DNA from: a virus
Lineage: Duplodnaviria; Caudoviricetes
IMG/VR virus record: IMGVR_UViG_3300020045_002955
Location: 1-35,166 of that record
Strand: one strand, 5' to 3'
DNA length: 35,166 bases
Shown here: one piece after another, positions 1 to 8,927 of the stretch
Layout of the letters: each line of letters begins with the position of its first letter
How positions within the stretch are numbered: position 1 is the first letter of the stretch
Position numbers and translations under genes: made by a program
The notes under the pieces: generated by a model
Told to the model about the DNA's origin: nothing
What the model saw: the letters and a program-made list of their open reading frames with translations, nothing else
Database searches by the model: none

Positions 1-2
1 TA

Positions 3-71
3 CTGGTGACCTGTACCACCACGGCAGGGCAGGTGCTGAATGGTGAGATACGGTTCAAGGCAACGGCGTAA
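3..71 (+). CDS. 3' end of a truncated small phage protein
   Basis: Open frame from the edge, LVTCTTTAGQVLNGEIRFKATA-stop, 3 nt before the next ATG; not in ORF track. Confidence 0.35.
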   Translation: MVTCTTTAGQVLNGEIRFKATA

Positions 72-74
72 TTT

Positions 75-272
75 ATGGGCTGCGGATGTGCAAGGCGCAG
101 GGAATGGTTGCTGAAGAAACAGGCGCAAGCCAAAGCCAGGGCAATAGCCATGATCAAGGGCCAAGCCAATGAGCCAGCCAACCGGGTGGAAAGGGGACAG
201 GGGCAGCGCCCACAGCCGGGGATACGGCCAGACCTGGCGCAACATCAGGACATGGATACTCAGGCGGGATAA
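75..272 (+). CDS. small hypothetical protein (MGCGC start)
   Basis: ATG follows upstream stop closely, but ORF overlaps the HNH gene by about 100 nt. Confidence 0.3.
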   Translation: MGCGCARRREWLLKKQAQAKARAIAMIKGQANEPANRVERGQGQRPQPGIRPDLAQHQDMDTQAG

Positions 273-486
273 GCATCTATGCCAGACCTGCAAGGCGGCA
301 GGACGATTAACCCCCGCCACCGAAGTCGATCACATAGTCAACAAAGCCCAAGGCGGTACTGATCATCCTGACAACCTGCAAGCTATCTGCCCCAAGTGCC
401 ATGGGGTCAAGACACAGGCCGAATCCAGGGGAATGAATACCAGCACTCTCGGGTGGCTGCAGTGGTTGCTCCGTCCAGCTTCTTGA
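169..486 (+). CDS. HNH endonuclease, HK97 gp74-like terminase-associated type (C-terminus probably chimeric)
   Basis: RGYG..W, CQTC, EVDHIV, NLQAICPKCH motifs in a ~100 aa protein. Confidence 0.85.
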   Translation: MSQPTGWKGDRGSAHSRGYGQTWRNIRTWILRRDKHLCQTCKAAGRLTPATEVDHIVNKAQGGTDHPDNLQAICPKCHGVKTQAESRGMNTSTLGWLQWLLRPAS

Positions 487-2305
487 CCGTAACCGTAGTG
501 CCAGAGGTTGCCCGCTCGTACAGGAATTGCTGAATCAAGAATATCGCCTGAGACAGGGTTGGTGCCGCACCATCCGCCGCATAGCTCTCAACCAGGGCGG
601 TGGTCAGTATGTCGCTGGCCGCCAGGTCATTGAGAGTAGATATAAGGCCCGGAATCGTCGTATCAGTATCCACAAGTATCGAATCAACATTGCCGTCCAC
701 CGTTGCAAGTGCTGCCGCTGTTGCCAGACTGGACAGGGCGCCACCATTGGGCAAAGCGTCCGTGACCACCTTGATGGCATCAATCAGCAGATCCAGCCTT
801 CCGCCGTTGGTCCAGTCAGTTTGTAATTCTGCGGTATCGACAAGCGTTGCCGCTGTATCCACCTTGATTGCTGCGATATCGGCGCTCACACTCACCCCTG
901 CCGGCGTTCCGATCTTGGGCTGCATATCCGCAGTATCAGCAAGAATGGCCGTTACGTCGGTTTGTAAGTTCCCAACCTCAGTATCCACGGTTGCCAAAGC
1001 GGCTGCGGTGGCAAGGGCCGTAAGTCCGGCCCCCGCTGCACCAATTTCCGCAGTATCAGTGATAATATCCGACAGCATCTTGCCTGCCTGTGAGCCTGTG
1101 TAAGCGCCAGGAAGCGTAGTGGTCCAAGGATCTCCAGCAGCGCCAGCGGCATTAAGAGCCTCTCCCGTAGTCCCGGCAGTTAGGTGCCCAGACAGGACCT
1201 CATCCCATACCGCATCGGCCACTGTAGCGGCACTGGGAGCGGAAGCGGTAGAGACAGCGGCATCAAGGTTGGTTTCGATCAGGAGTCCGTAAGAGCCTGC
1301 GGAGCCGTAGGTGGCAGTAGCAGCGTCCCATATGGCTGTAGCAGCACTTGCGGCCCAAGCCGAGTTCCACGGTACCGCTGTTAAACCTGCTCCCGCAGCG
1401 CCTATTTCAGCGGTGTCCACAAGAACGTCAGCAGAGAGCTTACCGAAGGTTCCGGCTGTTGTATGGCCTGATGTAGCTTCGTCCCATACTTGGTCGGCTA
1501 TAGCATTTACTGATGCGGTCGCTACCCCAATGCCACCAATGGCCCACCCGCCAATATAGCTGAAAACATCCGTAAGATACTTCCCTGTCGTTCCCGCTGT
1601 GGAGTGACCAGATATAGCTTCGTCCCAGATAAGGTCAACCAGTGTCGCTGGGCTTGTCCAGAATACCGCCAAGGCATCTGCCACCTCTGACTGGACTTCG
1701 GCATCCCACGAAGCATTCCAAGGAACTGCTGTCAAGCCTGCGCCTGCCGCACCAATGTCATCTGTCTGAGCTTCTATGGCAGCTATATCAGCCGAAACAC
1801 TGGCTCCAGCAGGGGTTCCCAAGGTAGTAACAATCCCATCTACAACAGTGTCAACAGTGGCTACGTTAGTTGTCAGGGTGTCGATCTTGCTCTCTATGTC
1901 GGATAGGCTGTTGGTGCCTTTCAGGAGAGCCAAGGCCCCGCCAGTGCGCTCAATGGAGAAGTGCGCGGCGACGAAGTTCACTGTAGCAGCGTCAACCGTG
2001 ACACTGGCTACAACGACGGTATATTCACCACCGGCAGCGTAGAAGCCAGAGTCGGTGTTGTTCGACAGGTCAATACTGAAACCGTGGATACCCGTCTTGC
2101 CATCAAAGTCGATACCGTCCGTATCCAGCAGGGTGAAGCCTGCCGTTGAAGATCGCTCAGTGGTTGAACCGTTCTTGTATATCAGTATGTCCCCAAGAGC
2201 CAAGCCTGTGAGCGTAACACTGGCGCTCGGGTCGTTGGAGTCGAAGGTGTTCCAGTAAACGTATACGGTATTTGCCGTTGTGTAGTCGCCTAAATAGGAC
2301 GCCAT
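407..2305 (-). CDS. Ala/Thr/Asp-rich repeat protein, putative virion fibre/appendage; last ~14 aa probably read into an inverted segment
   Basis: 632 aa; internal repeats IGAAGAGLTA x3, (V/I)WDE..SGH.TAGT.G x3 plus one degenerate, GTPAG.SVSADIAAI x2; start overlaps upstream stop. Confidence 0.75.
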   Translation of the reverse strand: MASYLGDYTTANTVYVYWNTFDSNDPSASVTLTGLALGDILIYKNGSTTERSSTAGFTLLDTDGIDFDGKTGIHGFSIDLSNNTDSGFYAAGGEYTVVVASVTVDAATVNFVAAHFSIERTGGALALLKGTNSLSDIESKIDTLTTNVATVDTVVDGIVTTLGTPAGASVSADIAAIEAQTDDIGAAGAGLTAVPWNASWDAEVQSEVADALAVFWTSPATLVDLIWDEAISGHSTAGTTGKYLTDVFSYIGGWAIGGIGVATASVNAIADQVWDEATSGHTTAGTFGKLSADVLVDTAEIGAAGAGLTAVPWNSAWAASAATAIWDAATATYGSAGSYGLLIETNLDAAVSTASAPSAATVADAVWDEVLSGHLTAGTTGEALNAAGAAGDPWTTTLPGAYTGSQAGKMLSDIITDTAEIGAAGAGLTALATAAALATVDTEVGNLQTDVTAILADTADMQPKIGTPAGVSVSADIAAIKVDTAATLVDTAELQTDWTNGGRLDLLIDAIKVVTDALPNGGALSSLATAAALATVDGNVDSILVDTDTTIPGLISTLNDLAASDILTTALVESYAADGAAPTLSQAIFLIQQFLYERATSGTTVTVKKLDGATTAATRECWYSFPWIRPVS

Positions 2306-3285
2306 TACATTCTCCCCAATGGGTTTCTAAGTACAATCGGGCCACCCATAGGGTTGCGTATTCCCGTCAATCCACCAGCCGCTATATACTCATAAGCCCC
2401 GATATCCCACGCGCTGCGGGTGGCATTCTTAATGTCGTCTGTAAACGTTCCTGACAAGTCAGTTGCCGTGTTGACCAGTGCGCTGCCGCTTGTGAGGGTG
2501 TAGTCACCTGTCGATGGTGCGGTGAAATTCACCCCGTCCGTGGTTGAAACGGAGTTGACCGGGCCGGAACCGGGTGCCGTTGTGTCATTGGCGGCGTTGG
2601 TGGTTATCGTGCCGTATGCGCCAGCGTTGGTATAGGTCCATGTATTCGCATAGACGTTTTGTATTTTTGAGCTTGCAGATCGGGCGTTGTTACGGATGGC
2701 AATATCCGCAGTTCCGGTAGCTGTTATGTTCTGTAAAACGATCCGCTCCCAAGGAGTCGCCCCAGTGTCTATACCTCCATAAATCATGGTGTTGCGGACA
2801 ATGGGCGGGACAGTGATAGTGGATACAAAGTTATTAATGTAAAGCGCGTTTGCGGCGCCGTCTAAAATTAACCTCTGGGCTATAAAATCTTCGCCCTGTA
2901 GTAATACCCCAGTCCCTGGGGCCAAGCAACGACCCTCACCTGAGGTTGCTTGTTTTAACGTCACATCCTGAATGGTAGTGTAGTTGAACGCGGTGAACGT
3001 AGTATCGGCGTTTGTTGCACTGGTGCATTGAATAATGGCACCTGAATTTCTTACGCCGTCATGCTCATCGCCTGCGGCAGCTTTAATCGTGATGCGGTTC
3101 GATGCGCCAGCAGTCCACGCTGCGAGAGATAGTCCAGTCGTTGCGGTAGTAAAAGTGCCTGCGCTGATTTCAAGCACATGGCTGTCACCATCGGTAACGA
3201 GGTTCGTCTGCTCCGTGGAGTTCCACGTTTCAATGTTGCTGTAATCCCCTCCAGATGTCTTGAGGGTCTTCGTGATTATCGCCAT
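2305..3285 (-). CDS. putative right-handed beta-helix (pectin-lyase-like) virion protein
   Basis: Thr/Asn-rich; C-terminal DYTLTSGSALVN...RSAWDIGAYEY motif typical of beta-helix proteins; coupled to neighbours. Confidence 0.7.
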   Translation of the reverse strand: MAIITKTLKTSGGDYSNIETWNSTEQTNLVTDGDSHVLEISAGTFTTATTGLSLAAWTAGASNRITIKAAAGDEHDGVRNSGAIIQCTSATNADTTFTAFNYTTIQDVTLKQATSGEGRCLAPGTGVLLQGEDFIAQRLILDGAANALYINNFVSTITVPPIVRNTMIYGGIDTGATPWERIVLQNITATGTADIAIRNNARSASSKIQNVYANTWTYTNAGAYGTITTNAANDTTAPGSGPVNSVSTTDGVNFTAPSTGDYTLTSGSALVNTATDLSGTFTDDIKNATRSAWDIGAYEYIAAGGLTGIRNPMGGPIVLRNPLGRM

Positions 3286-3875
3286 TAATCAAGCAACCCA
3301 TCGCGCAGATAACCGCCAACCTGTGCCGCAGTACCCGATACCGTCCCGCCATTGTTGGCGAGGTAGGTCATTCCCGCTTGGGTGATGTACCACCGTCTAC
3401 GAGCGTACTGCATTCCATAAACCGCCTCATTCACCAGAGCGAACAGCGCATCCCTGCCACTCAACGGAACCGTGGCGCGGAAACGAAAGGAGGTGTTTGT
3501 GTGCGACTCATACGCTGCAAGAGCGGTGGGGTAGTTCTCGTTGATAGTGGATACAAGCAGCTCCACACCGGCCTGCGTAAAGGCGTTTTTACCCGTGGCG
3601 CTCACCATGGTAGAAGCCACGTTAATCAGCCTGCGATTACCTGATGCGCTCACTTGGGTTGTAACGGGGTTATGGTTCCACCCGGCAAGATATACATTAA
3701 CCTCAGCGAGAGTCTTATCAGTGACGGCAACGTGATAGAAATTCCCGCCCGATACCTGCTCTGCCGGGGTGAATTCGTGGTTGTCATCAAATGCCGCAAT
3801 CACCTGTCCGGCGTTGTACCGACCAGGCCCATCAGGGACGTTATTGGCGTTGACCTTGACTAACAGGATGGGCAT
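3285..3875 (-). CDS. hypothetical protein
   Basis: 196 aa, TAATG overlaps with both neighbours. Confidence 0.75.
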   Translation of the reverse strand: MPILLVKVNANNVPDGPGRYNAGQVIAAFDDNHEFTPAEQVSGGNFYHVAVTDKTLAEVNVYLAGWNHNPVTTQVSASGNRRLINVASTMVSATGKNAFTQAGVELLVSTINENYPTALAAYESHTNTSFRFRATVPLSGRDALFALVNEAVYGMQYARRRWYITQAGMTYLANNGGTVSGTAAQVGGYLRDGLLD

Positions 3876-5314
3876 TACTTGAATACCTCGCCAGCACCTT
3901 GTGTGATCAGGTTCCAGTCCCGTTTATCCTCTGTTGGGGGCGGTGATGCACACTTGTCTGGGTGCCCCCAGCCTGCGGCTTTAGCATCAAACAACAATGA
4001 CTTGTTTACTACGCCAGAGTAGGTGTTACCGTCCACATAGGTCATGGATCGCTCATACCACCCTGCTGGAACGGAAAGCGGGCAGTCCCAGCCCCCAAGG
4101 GTGTAGGTGTAATTCGGGTAAGTGCCTTCGCTGGAAACGAACAGCGTCTTGTCGGCTTTGTAGCTTCCAGGCTTGATCGCAACCGTGTTGTTGCGCACAT
4201 GGAATGGCAGGGTTTTTGCACCACCGAGACTTGCCCAGTAGGACGCCTTCCAGAAGTCTGAGTCTGGCAGTTGGCATTCGGGAATAGTCGGGTTGCGCCC
4301 GCAATTATGTGTTACTCCGCTGCTCAATTTTATCTTTCCATACACCCAGCCTGGAGGTGAATCACACCCATAAATGCCGCGCCTATTCCTCACACCAACC
4401 ACTGCACCGCCGGGGGTGTTCGCGTCAGGTCGGTTGACATCAAAGTGGTTCTTTTCGACTACCGTATTCGAGCAAGAAACCACATCCACCATCATCTGGC
4501 TGTAACGGCGCGGCAGTCCGGGTATGTCTTTGTACGTCAGGAATTTATTGCCAGACAGGAAATTGATATTTGCAGTTGACTTAAAGCCGCTCGACCAGTT
4601 GCAGGACGCGACTTCGGAATCCACCAGTGTGACTTTGACGGGGACCGCTTCGCTACCTCTATGCATGTAAAAACAGTGCGAGGCGTTACCCTGCCCACCG
4701 TTGTAAACCTTGATTCCGGCAAATTGAATATCGGTCGGGGTAGTGTTTTTCTCGCCATGAGCGCCATTACCAAAACCATCTATCATCGCACCGTAAAAGA
4801 TTGAATTGCGAATCACTGTCGTCTGGTGTGCACTGGCTTGTATCCACTTCTGATATCCAGCAATCTCGACGTTTTCGACCAGAAAAGATTTGTCAGCGCC
4901 GCTGATAGCCCACAAACCACCCAGTCCAGTTCCTTTCGGAATCGTCCCGCCCTGAGCTTCCCACAGACAGTAAAATCGGGGAAGTTTCCCACCGGGGCCA
5001 GGAATGCCACTTATGGACAACATTGGTAGATTGCTCTTGCGCAGCCTGTCACACTGGACGGTATCAGTATCCCATGGAATCTTGATACGCCCACCGGCAG
5101 GGCTGATCGCCTTCAGACGTACCGCCGCTGCGTTCAGGGTTTCGCCATTCTGCAGCGTTACAGAGGGGGCGTTATCAGGATGGATGGCCTGCCCGATACC
5201 GGGAACTGAATACTGCCCAAGTGGGGGGAAGGTGTAATCCGGTGTCACTACCGTTTCGGGGTAGTCGGCTGCAAACACCAGCGGTGAAAACAGCGCAATC
5301 AGTAGTCGTTTCAT
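3875..5314 (-). CDS. signal-peptide-bearing putative beta-helix polysaccharide lyase-like protein
   Basis: N-terminus MKRLLIALFSPLVFAAD; repeated beta-helix-like strands (FLVENVEI, TVIRNSIF, VTLVDSEV, TVVEKNHF); many Cys. Confidence 0.65.
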   Translation of the reverse strand: MKRLLIALFSPLVFAADYPETVVTPDYTFPPLGQYSVPGIGQAIHPDNAPSVTLQNGETLNAAAVRLKAISPAGGRIKIPWDTDTVQCDRLRKSNLPMLSISGIPGPGGKLPRFYCLWEAQGGTIPKGTGLGGLWAISGADKSFLVENVEIAGYQKWIQASAHQTTVIRNSIFYGAMIDGFGNGAHGEKNTTPTDIQFAGIKVYNGGQGNASHCFYMHRGSEAVPVKVTLVDSEVASCNWSSGFKSTANINFLSGNKFLTYKDIPGLPRRYSQMMVDVVSCSNTVVEKNHFDVNRPDANTPGGAVVGVRNRRGIYGCDSPPGWVYGKIKLSSGVTHNCGRNPTIPECQLPDSDFWKASYWASLGGAKTLPFHVRNNTVAIKPGSYKADKTLFVSSEGTYPNYTYTLGGWDCPLSVPAGWYERSMTYVDGNTYSGVVNKSLLFDAKAAGWGHPDKCASPPPTEDKRDWNLITQGAGEVFK

Positions 5315-5315
5315 A

Positions 5316-5744
5316 TCATCCCATCCGTATCAGTTCGGCCAGATCGGCGGCCCGGTGTCCCGTTTGTAGCGCGAACTTGCTATCCATGATCTGCTCGGCG
5401 GCTTCCCGGTAATCGCTCGATTCCAGGGCAAGTAGCATTTTGCGAAAAGCCCTGAAACCCGCCGCCCCTACGCAGAATCGAAGGTCTATGAGGGCCGCCT
5501 TGCGGTTGGGCGTAAGATCATCCCACCACTCGAAGTCGCGCAGATCATCCACGCAAGCCTTGATGTCGTTCGATAACATCAGCTCGATTTCGTCTGGCAG
5601 CACACCCCGAGTGTCGAGGTTGCGGCCAACCGCGATGGTTAAAAAGTTCGAGGGGCACCGGTAGGCAAATTGCCGGATGCCTTCATGCTTTCGCAGCAAC
5701 TTATCGGCGATCGTCATGGCCAGATAGTCGGGGGTGTGGCTCAC
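5316..5744 (-). CDS. endolysin, GH24/T4-type lysozyme
   Basis: HEG.R..AY.CP....TIAVGRNL catalytic region; C-terminal AAEQIMDSKFA.Q...RA. Confidence 0.9.
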   Translation of the reverse strand: MSHTPDYLAMTIADKLLRKHEGIRQFAYRCPSNFLTIAVGRNLDTRGVLPDEIELMLSNDIKACVDDLRDFEWWDDLTPNRKAALIDLRFCVGAAGFRAFRKMLLALESSDYREAAEQIMDSKFALQTGHRAADLAELIRMG

Positions 5745-6133
5745 GGCCTGGCCACCCCTGCGCGCTTTTCGAAAGTGCGCATCCCACCCAGCCCCAGCAT
5801 GCCTAGCAATACGGGCATCATCTCGCCCAGCTCAAGCGTGGGAACGTCGATGCCCGCAGCGATGGCATAGGGCACGATCAGAAAGTTATTCGCCATGGCA
5901 GCCACGCACACCCACCCGGCACCCGGGCGCCAGCCGCTTACAAACCAGTTGCTGTTTTCAGCCTCGGCCTTGTTGACTTCGAGCTGGGCCATGATCTGCG
6001 CGTGTGCCTGGTTCTCAGCCAGGGTGGCAATTTCAAACGCCAGCTTGTTGGCGGCGTCCTTGTCGGGGATCACCTTGCCCAGCAATTCTGCTATCGGGCC
6101 GATCAGGATTGATGCGATGGCGGCAAAACTCAT
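5741..6133 (-). CDS. holin, 3TM GTA-type
   Basis: NWFVSGWRPGAGWVC and LLGMLGLGGMRTFEK motifs; overlaps endolysin start. Confidence 0.85.
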   Translation of the reverse strand: MSFAAIASILIGPIAELLGKVIPDKDAANKLAFEIATLAENQAHAQIMAQLEVNKAEAENSNWFVSGWRPGAGWVCVAAMANNFLIVPYAIAAGIDVPTLELGEMMPVLLGMLGLGGMRTFEKRAGVARP

Positions 6134-6144
6134 ACGGTCCTCGC

Positions 6145-6798
6145 CTATACGGGTGGTTTCAAACTGCCGACAGTCGGGTTGTGGTCAAAGCTCCTGGCCA
6201 ACCCCTTCAGCCGCCCGACCAGGACGCGACAGCGCGTCATCGTTTTGTCAGTCAGCAGGCTGTCAAGGTGGGTGGCGAATGAGCAATAGGCTACTGCCCG
6301 GGACCGCCCGTCCGTTGTTTCAAACGTGTCGAGATGCGCCCACATCGATGCGGTGACGCCCTCGGCAATGTAAACTTTTTTGATCTCGGAATCCGGCAGC
6401 TCTGCCGTGACCATGGATATCGGCCCGCCCTTTGCGATCTGCTTTACCCGGTGAATGTAGTCCTCGTCCAGCTCGAAGTGGACATAGGCCACCGGCGCCT
6501 GGCCAGCAGAGCGCAACTGGTAAACCGCGGTTGTCCACCTCGGCTCCAGGTAACCATTCCACGCCCGAAGGATCATAAACCTGTCAATTTCTGTTTCGTT
6601 GATCAGGCCGATCAACTCCCGGCCAATCTCGTCCCACTCCTCGACAAACTCGGGGAAGCTCAACGCAGACCGCTGGAACCGGATCTCCTGCTCCGCTTGC
6701 ATCAACTTGTGCCGCTCAACGGCAATTTTAAAAATACCCACCGATGCGGTGGCAATCACCCCCGCCAGCCCTATCAAGGCAATAACGACTTCGTGCAT
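6145..6798 (-). CDS. membrane protein with one TM helix and a GAF-like soluble domain; first gene of lysis cassette
   Basis: TM segment VVIALIGLAGVIATASVGIF; start moved to Met10 because the track start lies in the terminator T-run. Confidence 0.65.
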   Translation of the reverse strand: MHEVVIALIGLAGVIATASVGIFKIAVERHKLMQAEQEIRFQRSALSFPEFVEEWDEIGRELIGLINETEIDRFMILRAWNGYLEPRWTTAVYQLRSAGQAPVAYVHFELDEDYIHRVKQIAKGGPISMVTAELPDSEIKKVYIAEGVTASMWAHLDTFETTDGRSRAVAYCSFATHLDSLLTDKTMTRCRVLVGRLKGLARSFDHNPTVGSLKPPV

Positions 6799-6823
6799 GC
6801 GTCCGTGCCTTTTTATAGGTGGC

Positions 6824-6851
6824 AAAAAAAGCCCGCCGGGTTAGGGCGGGC
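6824..6851 (-). terminator. intrinsic terminator (tR'-like) upstream of lysis genes
   Basis: GCCCGCC-ctaaccc-GGCGGGC followed by T7. Confidence 0.8.
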
Positions 6852-7018
6852 ATAAAATACCGTGGGAGTCTCATGGCTCACGGCTGGGGAAATAGGATCG
6901 GCCAGCGGTTCCGGCATGTGGCACTTGGGCCGGGGTGAGCCTGAAACATGGCCGAAATTGGCGCCGGGCCGCTTCGGATCGTCACCCGTCACGTTGCGAA
7001 AACGCACCCAGCAGAAAC

Positions 7019-7042
7019 AAAAAAGGCCGCCAATGGCGACCT
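7019..7042 (-). terminator. intrinsic terminator just downstream of putative late promoter
   Basis: AGGTCGCC-att-GGCGGCCT running into a T6 tract. Confidence 0.65.
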
Positions 7043-7081
7043 GCTACGAATACACTACGGGCAATTTTGCACCCTAACCCG

Positions 7082-7111
7082 TTTTTACCATATGGGTGTT
7101 AACAGGTGCAA
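7082..7111 (-). promoter_or_regulatory. candidate late promoter pR'
   Basis: TTGCAC-18-TAAAAA with TG extension, directly after Q-like stop; -10 imperfect. Confidence 0.4.
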
Positions 7112-7118
7112 GTGTTTT

Positions 7119-7454
7119 CTATTCCAGTTTGGCCTCGAGGTAATGCTCCGCAGCAACCCGCAGCTCCCGCACCCATGACCGGCTGCCGTGCATAAGTTTG
7201 GCAATCTCCCCGTCCCGCTTGTGGTGGAGGTAGGCGTACACGATAGCCTTGTGGTGGTTGGGCTTGCGGATGGCGAGGGCCGACACCTCCCGGTCAATCC
7301 TCACCATCTCCTCATCCGGCAGGATCGGCGCCCGGTGGCCTGCTTCGCCGGGGTTGCGGATGAGCAGGGTCCACCCTGGCGGCCTCACACCGTTGGGCGC
7401 ATCGTCCAGCGCCCTACCCCTTGCCCATGCCTGCAAAACGTCCTGTATGGCCAT
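7119..7454 (-). CDS. Q: antitermination protein Q-like
   Basis: IQDVLQAWA start and C-terminal HTH (IAKLMHGSRSWVRELRVAAEHYLEAKL); position between nin and lysis genes. Confidence 0.75.
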   Translation of the reverse strand: MAIQDVLQAWARGRALDDAPNGVRPPGWTLLIRNPGEAGHRAPILPDEEMVRIDREVSALAIRKPNHHKAIVYAYLHHKRDGEIAKLMHGSRSWVRELRVAAEHYLEAKLE

Positions 7455-7634
7455 TCAGGGCCTCCTGGCGTTGTTATTGTCCCACTCTTCCCGCGTCCAC
7501 AGCCGCTCCCGGTACACTGGCGCCATCCAGTCGTGGCAGCTTTTGCAGTACCAAGCCCTGAGCAGTCCGCCGTTGACGCGGGTGGCGAATACCGGCTGGG
7601 TAGGCTTGTGGCAGTTGGGGCATTCAGGCGACAC
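7455..7634 (-). CDS. small zinc-ribbon protein
   Basis: CPNC and CKSC; GTG start at 7634 overlapping the NinG end. Confidence 0.55.
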   Translation of the reverse strand: MSPECPNCHKPTQPVFATRVNGGLLRAWYCKSCHDWMAPVYRERLWTREEWDNNNARRP

Positions 7635-8208
7635 CGCGGAGCCTCGCCAGGTGCTTTGCCCGCTTGGTGAATATCTTCTTGATCCGGCGCAGGTAGACGA
7701 CATCGAAACTACGGACGGGGTGAGGGCCTTCGAGCCAGGCAACGCGCTCTGCCCCGATCCGCTTTACCAACTCGATCCGGTACTCGACAACATTGCCGGA
7801 CTTCATGCTGTTGCACTGGGCGCATGAGGCGTGGATATTCCAGGCGGCGCAGTAGCGAAGTGCTGGCATTGCCCCCACGGAGCGGTAATGGCTCGCATGG
7901 CGCTGCCCTTGCGCCGGGGACTGCCCGCAGCTCACGCAGGGCAGGTGAGCATCCCTGACCCGCACATAGGCGTTGACCGCGGCCTGGGCTTCCTGCAGCC
8001 ACTTGCTGCGGGGTTTCAGCTCCACCTTGCGCTCACGCTGGCGCTTGGCCTCGATCTTGGCGGCCTCGACTGCGGCCTTGTCCCTCGAGCTGGCAACCGC
8101 GCACTGCAGTCCACACACCGCCTGCAATGGTCTGGCCGGGGTGAAGTCCTCACCGCACTGCTTGCAGGCTTTCGGGCGCTTACGCAGCATCTGGGTCGGG
8201 TGCATCAT
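7624..8208 (-). CDS. ninG: NinG/Rap recombination endonuclease
   Basis: CKQC..F.P.RPLQAVCG..CA, VRVRD..LPCVSCG, HASHYRSVGA, NIHASCAQCN..KSGN..EYRI.L. Confidence 0.9.
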   Translation of the reverse strand: MMHPTQMLRKRPKACKQCGEDFTPARPLQAVCGLQCAVASSRDKAAVEAAKIEAKRQRERKVELKPRSKWLQEAQAAVNAYVRVRDAHLPCVSCGQSPAQGQRHASHYRSVGAMPALRYCAAWNIHASCAQCNSMKSGNVVEYRIELVKRIGAERVAWLEGPHPVRSFDVVYLRRIKKIFTKRAKHLARLRGVA

Positions 8209-8335
8209 GCGACTCCTTAACCCATGCGAGATAGGATGCGTGCGCTTCCTGCCCTTTCGCTATTTGCTCCACCGCTACCGCTATCCGCTCAAGCGTGGAT
8301 AGCAGCAGGGCTAGTGCCAATGCCTCGTCGCTCAT
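8180..8335 (-). CDS. 51-aa hypothetical protein (below ORF-track cutoff)
   Basis: MSDEALALALLLSTLERIAVAVEQIAKG...; GGGGAAG RBS-like; fills gap, overlaps ninG start. Confidence 0.45.
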   Translation of the reverse strand: MSDEALALALLLSTLERIAVAVEQIAKGQEAHASYLAWVKESHDAPDPDAA

Positions 8336-8348
8336 TCTTCCCCCGGCG

Positions 8349-8927
8349 TCAGTCAACCCTTACACCCAATTCTTCCACCATCAGGTCAACCATCTTTGTC
8401 AATTCTTTCCCGATTATTTGAGCCACCACCGCCCTGAATAACAGATGCCTTATAAAAACTATTTTGGATATCTTAAATTCACCCTTCACGCTTGATCGAG
8501 TTGTGAACGTAAGAGTTTCGTCATCTTCTGGGTCTGCGCTGATTTGAAGCCTGCTCCTCAGTGCTGACATTTCCACGTTGACCAAATTAAACCTAGCCGA
8601 TAACGCTCTGGCGTCCTCGTATGCTTTGACTCTGGCAGCAGGCCAAGTGCGCTTTTTTAACTTTCCGTACCACTCATTTTCGGACAAAACATTTTTAAGT
8701 TTTGTGCCAGCATCTAGCCCAAATTCTTTCCTAAAATCCGTTATCTTCTGCTGGAGAATTCTGCTTTCTTCTCGGAGAGATAAATACTCGTCACGGGCAT
8801 CGTTTAGCTGGTCTTTTGGAATTGGCAGCGCAATATCCACAAAACCACGGCGTGACCCGTGAGTGGAAAATGAGGCAACCCTGTCCTTAAATTGCTGCTT
8901 TGTTGCGTTGTTTAGTGAATGTGCCAT
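8349..8927 (-). CDS. hypothetical protein, AT-richer than neighbours
   Basis: Start MAHSLNN at 8927 overlaps ninB stop (TAATG) with AGGAGG RBS. Confidence 0.7.
   Translation of the reverse strand: MAHSLNNATKQQFKDRVASFSTHGSRRGFVDIALPIPKDQLNDARDEYLSLREESRILQQKITDFRKEFGLDAGTKLKNVLSENEWYGKLKKRTWPAARVKAYEDARALSARFNLVNVEMSALRSRLQISADPEDDETLTFTTRSSVKGEFKISKIVFIRHLLFRAVVAQIIGKELTKMVDLMVEELGVRVD

Noticed and set aside
6959-7012. Functional tRNA gene
   Set aside because: Too short, with no TTC T-loop or complete cloverleaf; kept only as a low-interest finding
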